Part shown: one piece after another, positions 29,331-39,400 of the stretch
Numbering within the stretch: the stretch's first letter is position 1
How the letters are laid out: the number at the start of each line of letters is the position of its first letter
Source of the DNA: a virus
IMG/VR virus record: IMGVR_UViG_3300027857_000001
Location: 71,302 to 135,301 of that record
Length of the DNA stretch: 64,000 nt
Direction: 5' to 3' (one strand)
Translations under genes and position numbers: made by a program
The notes under the pieces: model-generated
What the model was told of the DNA's origin: nothing
The model's database searches: none
What the model saw: only the letters and a program-made list of their open reading frames with translations

Positions 29331-30995
29331 GTGGCCCGAAGGCGCAAGACGGGGATGCGGGGCGGTGACCTGGTGCCTGCTCCTCCTGGCATGACCCTGG
29401 CCGAGCAGGAACTGGCGGCGCTCGAGGAGCTCACGGCGCTGAAGGCGAAACTCGCATCGGTGAGGGGCCGGGGGATCGCCCGGTACGTGCACGACCCGCT
29501 CGGGTTCGTCCAGAACGCGGTCAGGTTCAGGCCCGGCGGCGGCCTCGCCGCCTACCAGGCCGAGATCATCGCGGACCTGCCCCGGATGAGGCGGATAGCG
29601 GTCAGGGGACCGCGGGGGCTGGGCAAGAGCTGCCTGGTCTCCCTGATCGTCCTGTGGTTCGCGCTGACCCGCGACGCGGCGGGGACCGACTGGAAGATCT
29701 GCACCACTGCCGGGTCGTGGGCTCAGCTTGAGAGCTACCTGTGGCCTGAGATCGCGAAGTGGGCGAACAGCATCGACTGGGCCGTGATCGGCCGGGAGCC
29801 GCTCAGCCCCCGCAGTGAGCTGATGAGAACCCAGATGCGCCTGCGGCACGGCCTGGCCCTCTCCGCCTCCCCGGAGCGGCCCGACGTGATCGAGGGGCTT
29901 CACGGTGACAGCGTCCTCGTCGTGATCGACGAGGCGAAGATCGTCTCGCCGGGCATCTTCGACTCGATCGAGGGCGCGTTCTCCGGCGCGGGTGACGGCA
30001 GCGACCTCGAGGCGTACGCGCTCGCGTTCTCGACGCCTGGCGAGCCGTCAGGCCGGTTCTACGACATCCACACCCGCAAGCCCGGCCTGGAGGACTGGCA
30101 TGTCCGGCATGTCACCCTCGGCGAGGCGGTAGCGGCGGGCCGGATGACCATGTCGTGGGCGCGGCAGCGGAAGAAGCTGTGGGGCGAGACCAGCGCCCTG
30201 TACCAGAACCATGTCCTCGGCGAGTTCTGCGCTGACGATGAGGACGCCGTCATCCCCCTCGCGTGGGTGGAGGCGGCGTTCGAGCGATGGCGGGAGTGGG
30301 ACCGGGACGGCCGCCCGGACCAGGACGGCGTGAAAGCCGTCGGCGTCGACGTCGCCCGTTCCGGCACCGACCGGACCGTCGCCGCGGTCCGGCACGGCGA
30401 TGTGCTCACCGGGCTCGCCGACTGGGCGAAAGCAGACACGATGATCACGACGGGGCGGGTCAGGGGCATCCTGGAAGCAGACCCGGAAGCCACCGCGGTC
30501 GTCGACGTCATCGGCATCGGCGCTGGGGTCTACGACCGGCTCCGGGAGCAGGGCTGCCGCAGCGACCCGTTCAACGCGGGACGCAAGACCACGCGGCGTG
30601 ACAAGACAGGCCAGTTCGGGTTCTGCAATGTGCGGGCCGCGGCCTGGTGGAACCTGAGGGAACTGCTCGAGCCGCCGGCGTCCCGGCTCGCGATCTTCCC
30701 CGACGACCAGCTCGCGGGGGACCTCACCGCGATGCACTACAAGCACACCAGCGACGGGAAGATCCAGGTCGAGTCCAAGGACGACATCCGCAGGCGCATC
30801 GGCCGGTCCACCGACCGCGGCGACGCGGTCATGCAGGCGTTCTGGATGTCGGCCGGGTCGTGGGCCGACGCGTACGGCACCACCGGCTGCCCGGCCTGCG
30901 GCAGGTCGTTCATGAAGGAAGCAGACGGGAAGCTCCGGACGCACTGCCCGCACTGCCGGAAGCCGCTAGACGAGCCCGAGAGTGAGGTCGCATGA
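29331..30995 (+). CDS. terL: terminase large subunit
   Basis: Walker A GPRGLGKS, Walker B VVIDEAK, FSTP coupling motif, RNase H-like VGVDVARSGTD and STDRGDA. Confidence 0.92.
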   Translation: MARRRKTGMRGGDLVPAPPGMTLAEQELAALEELTALKAKLASVRGRGIARYVHDPLGFVQNAVRFRPGGGLAAYQAEIIADLPRMRRIAVRGPRGLGKSCLVSLIVLWFALTRDAAGTDWKICTTAGSWAQLESYLWPEIAKWANSIDWAVIGREPLSPRSELMRTQMRLRHGLALSASPERPDVIEGLHGDSVLVVIDEAKIVSPGIFDSIEGAFSGAGDGSDLEAYALAFSTPGEPSGRFYDIHTRKPGLEDWHVRHVTLGEAVAAGRMTMSWARQRKKLWGETSALYQNHVLGEFCADDEDAVIPLAWVEAAFERWREWDRDGRPDQDGVKAVGVDVARSGTDRTVAAVRHGDVLTGLADWAKADTMITTGRVRGILEADPEATAVVDVIGIGAGVYDRLREQGCRSDPFNAGRKTTRRDKTGQFGFCNVRAAAWWNLRELLEPPASRLAIFPDDQLAGDLTAMHYKHTSDGKIQVESKDDIRRRIGRSTDRGDAVMQAFWMSAGSWADAYGTTGCPACGRSFMKEADGKLRTHCPHCRKPLDEPESEVA

Positions 30996-31303
30996 TCCCG
31001 GCAGGCGCACGCCTGATTCCCGACCCCGGAGCCGAGATGGAGCGCGTAGCCGGCCTGCGGAGGGCCCTGCCGTCTTCCCTGAAGCCTGACCAGCTCACTG
31101 ACCTGGTCCGTGAGTGCGTCACGATCGTCAGGCCCGGCGAGGTACTGGTGGTCCGCGTGCCGGAGGGCTGGACGCCGGGCCAGCTCCGCGACGCGCAGGA
31201 GAACATCGCGGCGTGGACTGGCGTCCACGCGCCCGCCGTGAAGGTGCTGCTCGTGCATGCCGACGGGTTCGCTGTCATGAGCGAGCCGGGAGGCCCTGAG
31301 TGA
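30992..31303 (+). CDS. hypothetical protein
   Basis: ATGA-coupled to terL. Confidence 0.55.
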   Translation: MIPAGARLIPDPGAEMERVAGLRRALPSSLKPDQLTDLVRECVTIVRPGEVLVVRVPEGWTPGQLRDAQENIAAWTGVHAPAVKVLLVHADGFAVMSEPGGPE

Positions 31304-31863
31304 CCTACCCCGGCCAGTCCCCAGGTTTCCCTCCGCTTGACCCGGCTGCCCAGTCCGCGATCAGCGCCGCGCAGGAGCGCCTCGCTGTCCTCACCCGGCA
31401 GCGGGTACAGCTGCCGGGCCGGCCGCTGAGCAGCACCGAGAAGGACGAGGCGCTGCTGGCTGCCGCCGGCTCGGCGTGCGTGCTGTGCGGAGGCATCCAC
31501 CCTGGTGCGGGCACCCCCGCGTGCCCCAGGGTCGCGACGTTCGAGCTGAACGGCGACGGGACGGTCATCAGGGGGTCGTTCTGGCCCGAAGGACAGTGGG
31601 ACACCGGGAAAGTCGTGTTCCCGGCTGACCTCGCCGAGCAGGACGAGGGCCCCGCCGCCCCGGGTGTCACCGGCACGACACTGGTCCTGCCGGACGAGAT
31701 GGCCATCCCTCACTACAGCCGGATGATGCGCGCCACTGATGAGTGGTCGGAGCTGTTCCCCGGCCTGCAGTGCCGGCACCGCGGCGATAACCAGTACCCG
31801 CCGGCGGGGGCAGTGCTGGAGTTCCGCCTGACGCCAGGAGGAGACAGCGATGACCTGCACTGA
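31300..31863 (+). CDS. hypothetical protein with CxxC motif
   Basis: GTGA-coupled. Confidence 0.55.
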   Translation: MTYPGQSPGFPPLDPAAQSAISAAQERLAVLTRQRVQLPGRPLSSTEKDEALLAAAGSACVLCGGIHPGAGTPACPRVATFELNGDGTVIRGSFWPEGQWDTGKVVFPADLAEQDEGPAAPGVTGTTLVLPDEMAIPHYSRMMRATDEWSELFPGLQCRHRGDNQYPPAGAVLEFRLTPGGDSDDLH

Positions 31864-31970
31864 GCCGGTCCCGGGACCCACGCCGGCGATGCTGGCCGAC
31901 CCGTCCCTCGGGGCGTGCCGGCGGATGCGGCCCGGCTGCGCCGAGCTAGCATCCGGCCGTGTGTCGTCAC

Positions 31971-32204
31971 TCATCCTGCGATCGTCCCACCGGCGGGCAG
32001 ATCGCCGCTGAACTCGTACTCGTACTCCGGCGCATCAACCGCCCAGAAGTCCGTCGCGCCGTCAGGGAACTGCACCAGCCAGCACGCCCTGTCCGGTTCG
32101 CCGGCGCGGACCGGCAGCAGAGCCGACCCCCTGACGACCGCCCACTCGCCGCTGCGGAACGAGTACGGGTGCATCGCGCGCATAAAGGTGACCTTGCTGC
32201 TCAT
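31971..32204 (-). CDS. hypothetical phage protein (HPYSFRSGEWA)
   Basis: coupled leftward ORF. Confidence 0.55.
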   Translation of the reverse strand: MSSKVTFMRAMHPYSFRSGEWAVVRGSALLPVRAGEPDRACWLVQFPDGATDFWAVDAPEYEYEFSGDLPAGGTIAG

Positions 32205-32533
32205 CCCGCAGTCTCGCACTCCCACGACGGGTCCCATGCCGGATGCGCAGACCACTCGAAGTCAGCGTCGTAACAGCACCGGTGCTCGAAGCACTCGCGG
32301 GGCAGGTGATAGTCACCCCGGCAGGAGCACCGGGTGCAGCCTTCCAGCAGGCACCTCGCGCCGAGCTTGCGGGCCTTCGCGAGGAACAGCTTCTCCGGGA
32401 GCGCGGTCCCCAGCATCCGCTCGAGGGCACCCTGCACGTCGTGGCGGCTCCGCCAGGAGCCGCCCGCGCTCATCGCAGGCGTGGCAGCGACGGCGGCGAT
32501 GAAGACGTCATCGGGGATGTCGGCCGCCTTCAT
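32201..32533 (-). CDS. hypothetical phage protein (DIPD...EKLFLAK...CSCRGD)
   Basis: AGGAAG RBS before ATG 32533. Confidence 0.6.
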   Translation of the reverse strand: MKAADIPDDVFIAAVAATPAMSAGGSWRSRHDVQGALERMLGTALPEKLFLAKARKLGARCLLEGCTRCSCRGDYHLPRECFEHRCCYDADFEWSAHPAWDPSWECETAG

Positions 32534-32895
32534 CTTCCTGTCCTGAACCACGTTCCACGGCCGTCCCAGTGCCATGTCCCGTCGGGATGCGGTCCGCGCG
32601 CGCAGGCCAGTGGTGCCGGTCCCTGCGCCGGGGCGAGGTAAGGCAGGTCGAGGGGATGCACGGGGGTGTCCCTGAGGATGAGTTCTGCCCTGACCGCGAG
32701 CACGAGCGACTCGTCCGGCGCGAACAGCGCCGCCCGGCAGGACCCTGAGGATGGAACCGGAGCCTGCGGATCCTCGAGCTGGTCGCGGTAACCGGGAGGG
32801 CAGGCCGGGCGTCCCGGGTGCCACATCTCGTCGAGCGCGCGGGCCACGATGCCCGGGGCCAGCGTCCCCGCCGGGAATCCCGCCAGGTCAGTCAC
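32530..32895 (-). CDS. hypothetical protein
   Basis: coupled leftward ORF. Confidence 0.45.
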   Translation of the reverse strand: MTDLAGFPAGTLAPGIVARALDEMWHPGRPACPPGYRDQLEDPQAPVPSSGSCRAALFAPDESLVLAVRAELILRDTPVHPLDLPYLAPAQGPAPLACARGPHPDGTWHWDGRGTWFRTGR

Positions 32896-33197
32896 TCGCC
32901 ATCGGCCTTCCACCCGAACCGCATCCCGTCCGGCAGGCCCTCGCTGAGCCGGTCCGCGATGTCCTGCATGCGGCCGGGAAGCGCTGACAGGTACGCCTGT
33001 TCCGCCGCGCGAGCCTCAGCTTCGGCTGCGTTGCACGACCGCCAGTCGATCACCCTCCCGCGGCGGTACGCGGACGTCACGGCGCGCCAGATCCGGATGC
33101 GCAGCGGAACGGCCGCCAGGCCGGCATCCCGCGGCTGGAGGCCGCAGGCGCGCAGCACGTGACCGCTGAGCCGCCCTGCGTACTCATGTTCGCTCAC
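32892..33197 (-). CDS. hypothetical protein
   Basis: leftward ORF. Confidence 0.45.
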   Translation of the reverse strand: MSEHEYAGRLSGHVLRACGLQPRDAGLAAVPLRIRIWRAVTSAYRRGRVIDWRSCNAAEAEARAAEQAYLSALPGRMQDIADRLSEGLPDGMRFGWKADGE

Positions 33198-33224
33198 CGG
33201 TCAAGCATGGCATGGTGGTGATCC

Positions 33225-33623
33225 GTGACCGGACTGGACTCGCTGCCAGGCGACGACGGCCAGCAGCTCGAGGACCTCACCACCCGGGACCTGGCCCGGG
33301 TCATGGTACGGATCCAGCGGCTGCGGTGGGCGAAAGTCCGCGACCTGGAAGCCCTGACCGCGGAACTCGCGGCAGCGAAGAAGGCCGCGACGGTCGTCCA
33401 CGCCAGGGCGTTCCTCGCCGCTGACGGCCCGCAGGACGAGCGCACCCAGACCGCGAAGCTCGCCGCCGCCGACGCGGTGTTCGGTGCGGACGTGGTGAGA
33501 GGGAAGCTGGACGCGTGCAAGGCATCGATGGAGACGCTGCGCGACGACTGGGATACCTGCAGGTCGGTCAACAGCAACCAGCGTGCCGAGAAGAACGCGA
33601 TAGAGGGATACGGAGCGTCATGA
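33225..33623 (+). CDS. coiled-coil phage protein; stop codon supplied by the IS right end
   Basis: helical 132 aa ending GYGAS*. Confidence 0.65.
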   Translation: MTGLDSLPGDDGQQLEDLTTRDLARVMVRIQRLRWAKVRDLEALTAELAAAKKAATVVHARAFLAADGPQDERTQTAKLAAADAVFGADVVRGKLDACKASMETLRDDWDTCRSVNSNQRAEKNAIEGYGAS

Positions 33624-34860
33624 CCCCACGGATAAATCCGGGGGCTTGCGGGTCACGCTGCCGGGCTGGCTGCCGCGGAGAGTGCCGCGTCCGGCCGCAT
33701 GACTGCGGCCCAGCCAGCGATGTTCCTGGCTGCGAAGATGTCCGCTGGCCCAGCGAGGCCGCAGCTCGTGCAGCGGAACGTGGCCTGATCGGGCCGGTTC
33801 CGCTTGTCGATGTGGCCGCACCCGGGGCACCTGCGGGAGGTGTTCCGGGGATCCACCAGTACCACCGGGACGCCTGCGAGGGCGGCCTTGTAGGCGATGA
33901 ACGCCCGGAGCTGGAAGAACGACCACGAGAGCCGGTCTGCGCGCTGAGCCTTCCGTACCGTTGTCCGGCTGTTGATCCCGCTCAGGTCTTCGAGCTTGAT
34001 CCCGCGTCCGGTGTCTTTGGCTTCGCTGACCAGGGTCTTGCTGATGCAGTGGTTGACGTCCCGGGCGAACCGGGCTTCCTTGCGGCGCCGCCTGGCGAGG
34101 AGCCGTTTCGCGGACTTGGTTCCCTTCGACTGGAGCCGGGCCCGGAACTGCCGGTTGCGGTAGCGGACCGCGCGGACGGCCTTACCGCAGTGGATGTTCC
34201 CGTCGGCGTCGGCGGCGATGTTGACGATACCGAGATCCACGCCCAGCCACCCGGCGGGCTCCGGGCCCGCGGGCGGCTCGGGGACATCGATCACGACGGC
34301 GAGATAGAACTTGCCGTCCCGCCAGATCAGGTCCGCCGCGCCCCGCAGCACTGTTCCGGTGGTGCCCAGCCACCGGCCCTGCCAGACCACCGGGACGATG
34401 ATCCGGCCGGCCAGGGTCAGGATCGACACCCGGTCGCGGCCCTTCCACGACAGGATCCGCTGGTCGAACGCGACAGCGCCCAGCTCGCGGAACACGGGCT
34501 TGATGGTCTTGTCCCGCTTGTACGCCTCGCACGCCTTGCTTATCGCCCGGACGGCCATCTGCGAGGACAGGCCGAACTCCGCGCGCAGGTCCGCGTAGAC
34601 GAGCGGCTGGAGGCGGATCTTGTTCGCAGTCTTGTGCTCGAACGCGACTTCAGCGGCGCGGCTGGCGGCGGCGTTGCAGGCCTGCATCGTCGCCAGCAGG
34701 GCCTCCGCCTGCTCGGGCGGAGGTGCGAGCTTCAGCATCTCCGTAACCAGCACACCATAGATACTAGGCTTCAATGCGGAAGGGTGCGAGGCGGCACGCC
34801 GCACAGGACACTCCCATTCCTCCCCAGGGCTGAAGCCGGGGGCTTCCTGGGAGCTTTTCG
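33617..34860 (-). mobile_element. tnpB-only IS200/IS605-family (IS1341-like) element, 1244 bp
   Basis: RE hairpin AAGCCCCCGGATTTATCCGTGGGGTCATGAC; LE hairpin GAAGCCCCCGGCTTCAGCCCTGGGGAGGAAT; TCAC adjoins the LE; excision restores GGA GCG TGA. Confidence 0.85.
33653..34753 (-). CDS. tnpB: TnpB RNA-guided endonuclease
   Basis: RuvC D (GVDLG), E (KLEDL) and D (ADIFAARNI) intact; Zn finger CPGC/CTSC; SWSFFQL. Confidence 0.95.
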   Translation of the reverse strand: MLVTEMLKLAPPPEQAEALLATMQACNAAASRAAEVAFEHKTANKIRLQPLVYADLRAEFGLSSQMAVRAISKACEAYKRDKTIKPVFRELGAVAFDQRILSWKGRDRVSILTLAGRIIVPVVWQGRWLGTTGTVLRGAADLIWRDGKFYLAVVIDVPEPPAGPEPAGWLGVDLGIVNIAADADGNIHCGKAVRAVRYRNRQFRARLQSKGTKSAKRLLARRRRKEARFARDVNHCISKTLVSEAKDTGRGIKLEDLSGINSRTTVRKAQRADRLSWSFFQLRAFIAYKAALAGVPVVLVDPRNTSRRCPGCGHIDKRNRPDQATFRCTSCGLAGPADIFAARNIAGWAAVMRPDAALSAAASPAA

Positions 34861-34907
34861 GTGAGAACCGGCATGCCAGCGAACCTGCGGACGGCTGGGG
34901 GTTCCGC

Positions 34908-35285
34908 GTGAGCCCCCCGTCTCCGGAAGAGGAGGACGCCGCACTGACCGGCACCGCGCCCGGCGGCACGCCTGCCACGGACCTGGACCGCGCCATGCTG
35001 CGGCTCCGCCTGGTCGCCGAGGCGAAGAGCCGTGGTGTCAGCTGGGCGGCGATCGGGCTTGCCCTGGGGTGCGACGGGAAGGCCGCCAAGCGGTACGTCA
35101 AGCGGTTCGCCGCCCGCACACAGCACGACCTGCTGCTGCTGTCACCAGCCGTCGACGTGCCGCTCGACAGGGACGGGCAGCGTGATCAGCGCAGCGACCA
35201 AGCCCGGACACCTCCGCAGGGTGCCGTGCCCAGTCCGTCAGCGGCCCGCAAGCGCCAGCACCAGGTCAGGCGGAGAGGCCGGTGA
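34908..35285 (+). CDS. small HTH protein
   Basis: AKSRGVSWAAIGLALG. Confidence 0.6.
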   Translation: MSPPSPEEEDAALTGTAPGGTPATDLDRAMLRLRLVAEAKSRGVSWAAIGLALGCDGKAAKRYVKRFAARTQHDLLLLSPAVDVPLDRDGQRDQRSDQARTPPQGAVPSPSAARKRQHQVRRRGR

Positions 35286-35530
35286 TCTGCCGTGACTGCG
35301 TGTCATCGTTCCACTCGTGCTGCGCGAATATCCGGCGGCTCGGCACCGCCAGGCCGGCCGCCAGCGCCTGGTGTGACTGCCAGCATCAGCCGCGCAAAGG
35401 CGAGATGAGGAACCTGCTGCTCGCGGCCTCACCGCAGGCGAATGGGCACCGGAACAGCATGGGCGTAACATCATCAGCAGGCAGCACACCCATGCCTGCT
35501 GATGGCGGAGGAGGCGGCGGTGACGGCTGA
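35282..35530 (+). CDS. Cys-rich hypothetical protein
   Basis: ICRDC..HSCC..WCDCQH; GTGA-coupled. Confidence 0.5.
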   Translation: MICRDCVSSFHSCCANIRRLGTARPAASAWCDCQHQPRKGEMRNLLLAASPQANGHRNSMGVTSSAGSTPMPADGGGGGGDG

Positions 35531-35891
35531 CGACGAGCCGGCGACCTCTGATGAGCTGCGCGGCCACCCGAAGCCGCCAGGTTCGGGTAACGACGAGCTG
35601 CGGGCGCCACCGACTGACGCGCACCGGACCGGCGGCATGACCCCGGGCGGCGCCGTACCGGACATCTCGCGCAGTCCGTCGCAGGTCCCGGACATCACCA
35701 GGCGCGCCCTGCCCGCAGGCTCAATGCCCGAGGACCCGTTCACGGCCGCCGACGCCGGGTCGGTCGCCCTCGCGGAGTCCTACTGGGGCATGATCCACGC
35801 CGGGATACCCGTCCACTCGGCCGAGCGGATCATCGGGCACTGGCTGGCATCGCTGCCAGGCGACGCGAAGGCCGGCCCGCGTGACTGGTGA
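35502..35891 (+). CDS. hypothetical protein
   Basis: rightward ORF. Confidence 0.45.
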   Translation: MAEEAAVTADDEPATSDELRGHPKPPGSGNDELRAPPTDAHRTGGMTPGGAVPDISRSPSQVPDITRRALPAGSMPEDPFTAADAGSVALAESYWGMIHAGIPVHSAERIIGHWLASLPGDAKAGPRDW

Positions 35892-36174
35892 GGAAGAAGA
35901 CCAGGAGCTGCTGCGCCGCATCCGCGCCGATGACCTGTTTGTCCTGAGTATCCTGAGTACCTTGACCCGCCGCCGCCGCGAAGCTGACGAATTCGAATAC
36001 CTGGCCATCAAGGGCGCACGCGATGACGGGATCTCATGGAGCGACATCGCCGGGGCGCTCGGCCTTGAGTCCCCTCAGGCCGCGCGCAAGCGATTCGGGG
36101 ACCTGCGCGAGCTTTGCGGCATGCCGAGCCCTGACCAGCCTACGGCCGTCCCGCCGGAAAGGCTGCGCACTTGA
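35881..36174 (+). CDS. small HTH protein, similar to 34908
   Basis: ARDDGISWSDIAGALGLESPQAARKRF. Confidence 0.65.
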   Translation: MTGEEEDQELLRRIRADDLFVLSILSTLTRRRREADEFEYLAIKGARDDGISWSDIAGALGLESPQAARKRFGDLRELCGMPSPDQPTAVPPERLRT

Positions 36175-36231
36175 GCGAGCCGTCGCCGGAGGGCATCCCT
36201 GAGCCGGCCGGCGCGCACGGCGGAAGCCCCA

Positions 36232-36414
36232 TTGCCCCCGGACCCGTTCGCCGGAGGACAGGCGGACTGGGTGTCGCTTCACGAGTTCTACCGGGGCCTG
36301 CGCACTGGCGGCTTCGGGATGATCGAGGCGGCCGTCTACATGGCCGCCGTCTTCGCGGTCAGCGCGGCCGTTCAACAGCAGCAGGACTCGCCGCAGGTAC
36401 CCGGCCAGGAGTAG
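36232..36414 (+). CDS. small hypothetical protein
   Basis: SLHEFY.GLRTGGF..IEA; start uncertain. Confidence 0.45.
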   Translation: MPPDPFAGGQADWVSLHEFYRGLRTGGFGMIEAAVYMAAVFAVSAAVQQQQDSPQVPGQE

Positions 36415-36499
36415 CCCCGCCTGGAGTCCGGATCATCACAGTCGCGAGAATCCTGGCCATGCGGAACACGGAATAGCCGGATCTGCCTGAGGGGGTGCC

Positions 36500-39400
36500 A
36501 TGGCATCTCCTCAGGCCATCTTGCGTGCTGCCAAGGCTGTTCCCGGCGCCCGGCCGACACCGCCGCCCCAGGGTGCGAATATCGGCATCGGGCGGATCTC
36601 GCCGCTGGCGTGGGACCTGTCTGAGGATGCCGGATACGCCAGGGCCTATGCCCCTTTCATGCCCCGGCCTGCGAGAACCTTTACTTCCGGCGCCTTCGGG
36701 CCGTTCTCGCCTATCCTTCCTGTCCCTGTGGACGAGCCACCTCCGGGCGGCCAGCTTCCCGACCCGCGCCGCTTCGACTACCCCGTCGGCTGGAACCTCC
36801 CGACCATCCCCGGCCAGGACGGCTTCCGGATGGCCTCGTTCGCCGTGCTGGACACGGTCAGCCGCCTCTACTCCGTCGCGCGTACCTGCATCGAGCGGCG
36901 CAAGGCGGCCATTGTCGGCATGGACTGGGACATCGTCCCGACCCGGGAGGCATCCAAGGCGTATCAGGGTTCTCACTCGGCGATGCGCGACTTCGGGAAG
37001 CGCCGCGCTAAGGCTGTCGCGTTCTTCAACCAGCCAGACCGCGACTTCGACGACTTCGGCGGGTTCCTGTCTGCCCTGCTGGAACAGGTGTTCGTAAACG
37101 ACGCGATGTCGCTGCTGCTCAAGCCCGTGCGCGGCCGGGGCCTGCGCAAGGGCGTGCTCGGGTCAGACCTCGACTGCCTGGGGCTGGTTGACGGCAGCAC
37201 CATCAGACCGCTCCTGTCCCTGTCAGGCGGGCGGCCTCGTCCTCCCGCACCCGCCTGGCAGCAATTCCTGAAAGGCGTGCCCAGGTCCGATATCAGCGCG
37301 ATGCTGAGCGGCCAGGACATCGAGGACGCCGGGCTGACAGCCTACGCGGGACCGGCGTTCCGCACCGACCAGATGATCTACCGTCCCGTCGTCCCGCGTG
37401 TGAACTCCCCTTACGGGTTCAGCATGGTCGAGATGGCGCTGCTGGTCATCATGACCGGGCTGCGCAAGCAGGCGTACCAGGCCCAGTACTACGACGAGGG
37501 AACGGTCCCGGCGGTTTACCTCAGTCCCGGTGACACCAGTATCACGCCGAGCCAGATCCGGGAGCTTCAAGACGCTCTCAATGGCTTCGCCGGGGACCCG
37601 GCCTGGCACCACAAGATCATCGTCACGCCGCCCGGGACCACCATCCACCCGATGCGGCCCTCGCAGCTCGCCGACCAGTTCGACGAGGTCATCATGAGCC
37701 AGGTCGCGATGGTCTTCGACGTGGACCCGATCTCGCTCGGCCTGGTCCCCAACGTGTCCTCGACCGTCTCCCCGTTCGCCGCAAGGGAGATGGCGCAGGC
37801 CAGCCGCACCGTTCACGAGCGCACCAGCACGAAGCCGCTGCTGAAGTACCTGTGCTCCATCTTCAACGCGATCCTGCACCGAGTCCTCGGCCAGGACGAC
37901 ATGAAGTTCACGTTCGCCGGCATGGACGAGGCGGCGGACCAGGCGGCCGTCACGGACCTGCTGGTGAAGCAGGTCCAGAACGGCATCCGCAGTGTCGACG
38001 AGGCGCGGGAGGAACTGGAGCTGACCCCGTGGGGACTGCCGGAGACCTCAGGGCCGGTCGTGTTCACGCAGGCCGGCGTCATGCCGTTCGAGTGGGTTCC
38101 GGGGATGGCCGTCGCCCAGGCCGAGGGCGCCTCGGGGCCGTACAGCGGCGAGACGGCACCATCGACGAAGCCGGGCGGTCCGCACGGGGATACCCGGCCG
38201 CTCGGGGTTCATCACCCGCCGTCGTCGCGGCCGTGGACAGGCTCCCGTGACCTGCAGCACATCAGGCCGGACAGGCCGCCGTCCCGTGCGCCGGTACCGT
38301 CCGGCGCGGGACGCACCGGGCACACGCCGGCGCACTCGGCCGCGGAAGGGCACACCGCGGTGTCAAGGCAGGACGGCAGGGCGAAGGCTGTCAGGTCTGA
38401 GCTTGAAGCGCTGAGCAGGCACCTGCGCAAGGGCCGCGCCGTCTCGACGTGGGAGCCCCGCCACCTGTCCGGGCAGGTGATGGCGGTCATCGCCGAGGAT
38501 CTCACCAAGGGGCTCGGTGCCGACGAGGTCATCAGGGGCGCCATGACCGTCGCGCTGCCGCGTGGCGAGTACGAGCGGTCGGACAAGCCGGAGGGCGCTG
38601 CGGTCCCGGGGCATGAGCGGCGGATCGCCGGGGCGTTCGAGGACGCGGCCGCGCACGCCGGGCGGCTCGTAGCGCAGGCGCGGTCAGGGGAGCTGGCTCT
38701 CCCGGTGCCGGAGCTTGCCGCGAAGATCCTGTCGGTGCTCCGCGCCAGCCTCGGGCCGGTGCTGCGCGGCGTGCACCGGGACGCATGGGCAGCCGGGAAA
38801 GACGAGGCCGCCTCGGCGCTCCGGATCACGTCGGCCGGTGATGAGCAGGAGCGGGAAGCGTGGATCGCCTCGCAAGGGCGTGACTGGCTGGAGGCCGTCT
38901 GCCGCACCGCCGGACCGGAGCTTACCCGGCTGCTCGCGGCCCCCGGCCCGGTCACTGAGGATGCTGTGGCCGCCGTGCTGGGTGCCGGGCAGCGGCCGGC
39001 CCTGATCGCGTGCACGGAGACGGCGAGGGCACGGAACGCCGCTGCGCTCAGTGTCATGCAGCACGCCGGGGTGCAGCGGAAGCGGTGGTTGCCGGACGGC
39101 GGCAGTGTGTGCGCCGCGTGCCGGGCGAACGCGGAGCAGGGAGCAATCCCGCTTGCCGCCCCGTTCAGCTCCGGGGACGTCGCGGGGCCAGCGCACCCTG
39201 GCTGCTCCTGCGGCGTGGCCGCAGGACCGCGGGACGCGGCGAAGCTCGCCAGGCGCGCCGCTGACCTGAACGGCGAGGTCTGGTGGCCGCAGGGCTCATA
39301 CCCGTCCGGTCCGGCGGCGGGAGGCGGCGGCCGGATGGTCCCGGCGCATGACGCCGACGGCACCGAGTACCTCGTGCCCGGCGGGGTGCCGGGGATGACC

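Noticed and set aside
33617-34860. TnpB element as an IStron or a Cas12 locus
   Set aside because: No group I core next to it and no repeat-spacer array
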